Assembly: GCA_964016885.1 (NCBI GenBank)
Contig: OZ024750.1
Location: forward strand, 54,684,001 to 54,748,000
Reading direction: 5' to 3'
DNA from: Eledone cirrhosa
Lineage: Eukaryota
Length of the DNA stretch: 64,000 nt
Shown: one piece after another, positions 62,522-64,000 of the stretch
How the letters are laid out: each line of letters starts with the position of its first letter
Numbering within the stretch: position 1 is the stretch's first letter
The notes under the pieces: generated by a model
The model's database searches: none
The model's input: only the letters and a program-made list of their open reading frames with translations
What the model was told of the DNA's origin: nothing
Position numbers and translations under genes: made by a program

Positions 62522-64000
62522 ATGAAGACGTCGCATCTCAGAGTTGCAACACTTAATGTTGGCACTCTCAGAGGTAGATTTTCTGAAATAACGGAGATGC
62601 TGGAGAGAAGGCATGTGGATGTGTGCTGCGTGCAAGAGGTGAGATGGAGAGGTGCCTCTGCGAGACTAGTCGTAGGCAAACATCTTAGCTATAAGCTTTT
62701 TGGGGAAGGTAAGGATGATGGGTTAGGGGGAGTAGGCATTTTTCTGGCTGAAAGATGGATCAATAAGACAATAGAGGTAGTTCGAGTTAGTAATCGAATA
62801 ATTAAGCTTAGATTAGTTGTAGGCAGGAGACTACTGACAATCATCTCTGCCTATGCTCCCCAAGCAGGCCTAGGCAAAGATGAGAAAGACTGCTTTTACG
62901 AGCAACTTTTACAAACAACCGCAATGACAGAGGACGGAGACATCGTTATGCTAGCAGGGGACTTCAATGGTCATGTTGGACAGCTCCAGGATGGTTACAC
63001 TGGGGTACATGGTGGGCACAGTTACAGCTCAAGAAATGAAGACGGAGTGAGACTTCTTGAATTTTGTGATGCAAGTACACTGACTGTTTGCAACACAAAC
63101 TTCCAGACCTGCCAATCACCTAATAACCTAAAAATCTGGCGAGCACATAAGCCAGATTGACTTCTTACTAGTTAGGCAGTGGGACAGGCAGATAGTGTCT
63201 AATACAAAGGCATACCCTGGGGAAGAATGTACCCCACTGCATAGGTTAGTCATTTGTGATATCGCAGTAAGCAAGAGATGGAATGAGACATACAGGAAGG
63301 TGTGGAGAAGAAAGGTCTGCAAGCTAAAAGACCTTTCACTAAAATACAAATTTAGGAAAGCCCTTCAAGATGTATATGACTAAAAAGAAGACGATTTCTT
63401 ACGTGACAACTTACTGCAGGCTACTGATGAAACTTGTGGCTGGAGCAGAGTTCCAACCAGACAGAGAGTGACCTGGTGGTGGAACAGCACAGTAGATAAG
63501 GCCATTAGAGACAAAAGACTAGCATGGAAGGCTTGGAAAAAGGGTGGGAGTAGGGAAGAATATACAGCCGCTAAGAGAGAAACTAGACGTCAGGTGTACT
63601 TAGCACGCAGGGAGGCAGAGAGTAGGAGGTTTGCCAATGTTCTGCGACGGGAAAATCGGGGGCGCGCGGTTTCCACATTGCAAGGCAGTGTATCAATGCA
63701 AATCAGGATGTTGTTGGAGATAAATGTGTCCAGAATGATGCCGGTGTACTTAGTGTCGCGAATGATCAGAAAAAGGAGGCCTGGAAATGTCATTATGAGA
63801 GACTCATGAATGTGGAGAACGAATGGGAGAGAGAGAAATTATCCTTAGTAGATCCGACAGAGGGACCAGCTATTGAGATTGACGAATATAGGGTCCAAGG
63901 GGCGATTAAGGAAATGAAAAATGGTAAGGCTGCTGGACCATCTGGAATAGTTGCTGAGATGCTGAAGGCATCAGGGGACGTAGGCACTAAACTGGTTGCA
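62522..64000 (+). mobile_element. RTE-clade LINE: APE endonuclease and start of RT, frameshifted, runs off the window
   Basis: ATLNVGTL, CVQEVRW, ISAYAPQ, AGDFNGHVG, TWWWN, KAAGPSG. Confidence 0.9.

Overview
AT-rich, microsatellite-laden animal (eukaryotic) DNA. The SINE sequences and the tandem C2H2 zinc-finger gene point to an octopus/cephalopod (inference). Only one clear host gene is present: a single-exon 11-finger C2H2 gene at 36771-37844 (-). The rest is nested mobile DNA: two Penelope-like retroelements (PLEs; RT plus C-terminal GIY-YIG, Naiad-like) with inverted pseudo-LTR architecture in (AT)n tracts, Tigger/pogo and Tc1 transposons, a Gypsy LTR element, two non-coding LTR elements with a tRNA-Trp primer site, a rearranged Helitron concatemer, CRE-like, RTE and Tx1-like LINE fragments, SINEs and MITEs. 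The main hidden signal is about 23 type-I hammerhead ribozyme (HHR) motifs in about 7 sequence families, all read by eye. They occur (i) in PLE pseudo-LTRs, (ii) once per unit in a ~455-480 bp non-coding tandem array at 9850-12098, which looks like a retrozyme (circRNA-forming element), with a relative at 54285-55418, and (iii) in a cluster of head-to-head palindromes at 46-55 kb. Unusual variants include an HHR with a ~115-nt G-U-rich stem II and a family with a CAGAAGA core. Together these suggest a PLE-driven set of non-autonomous ribozyme retroelements. No folding or database searches were run.
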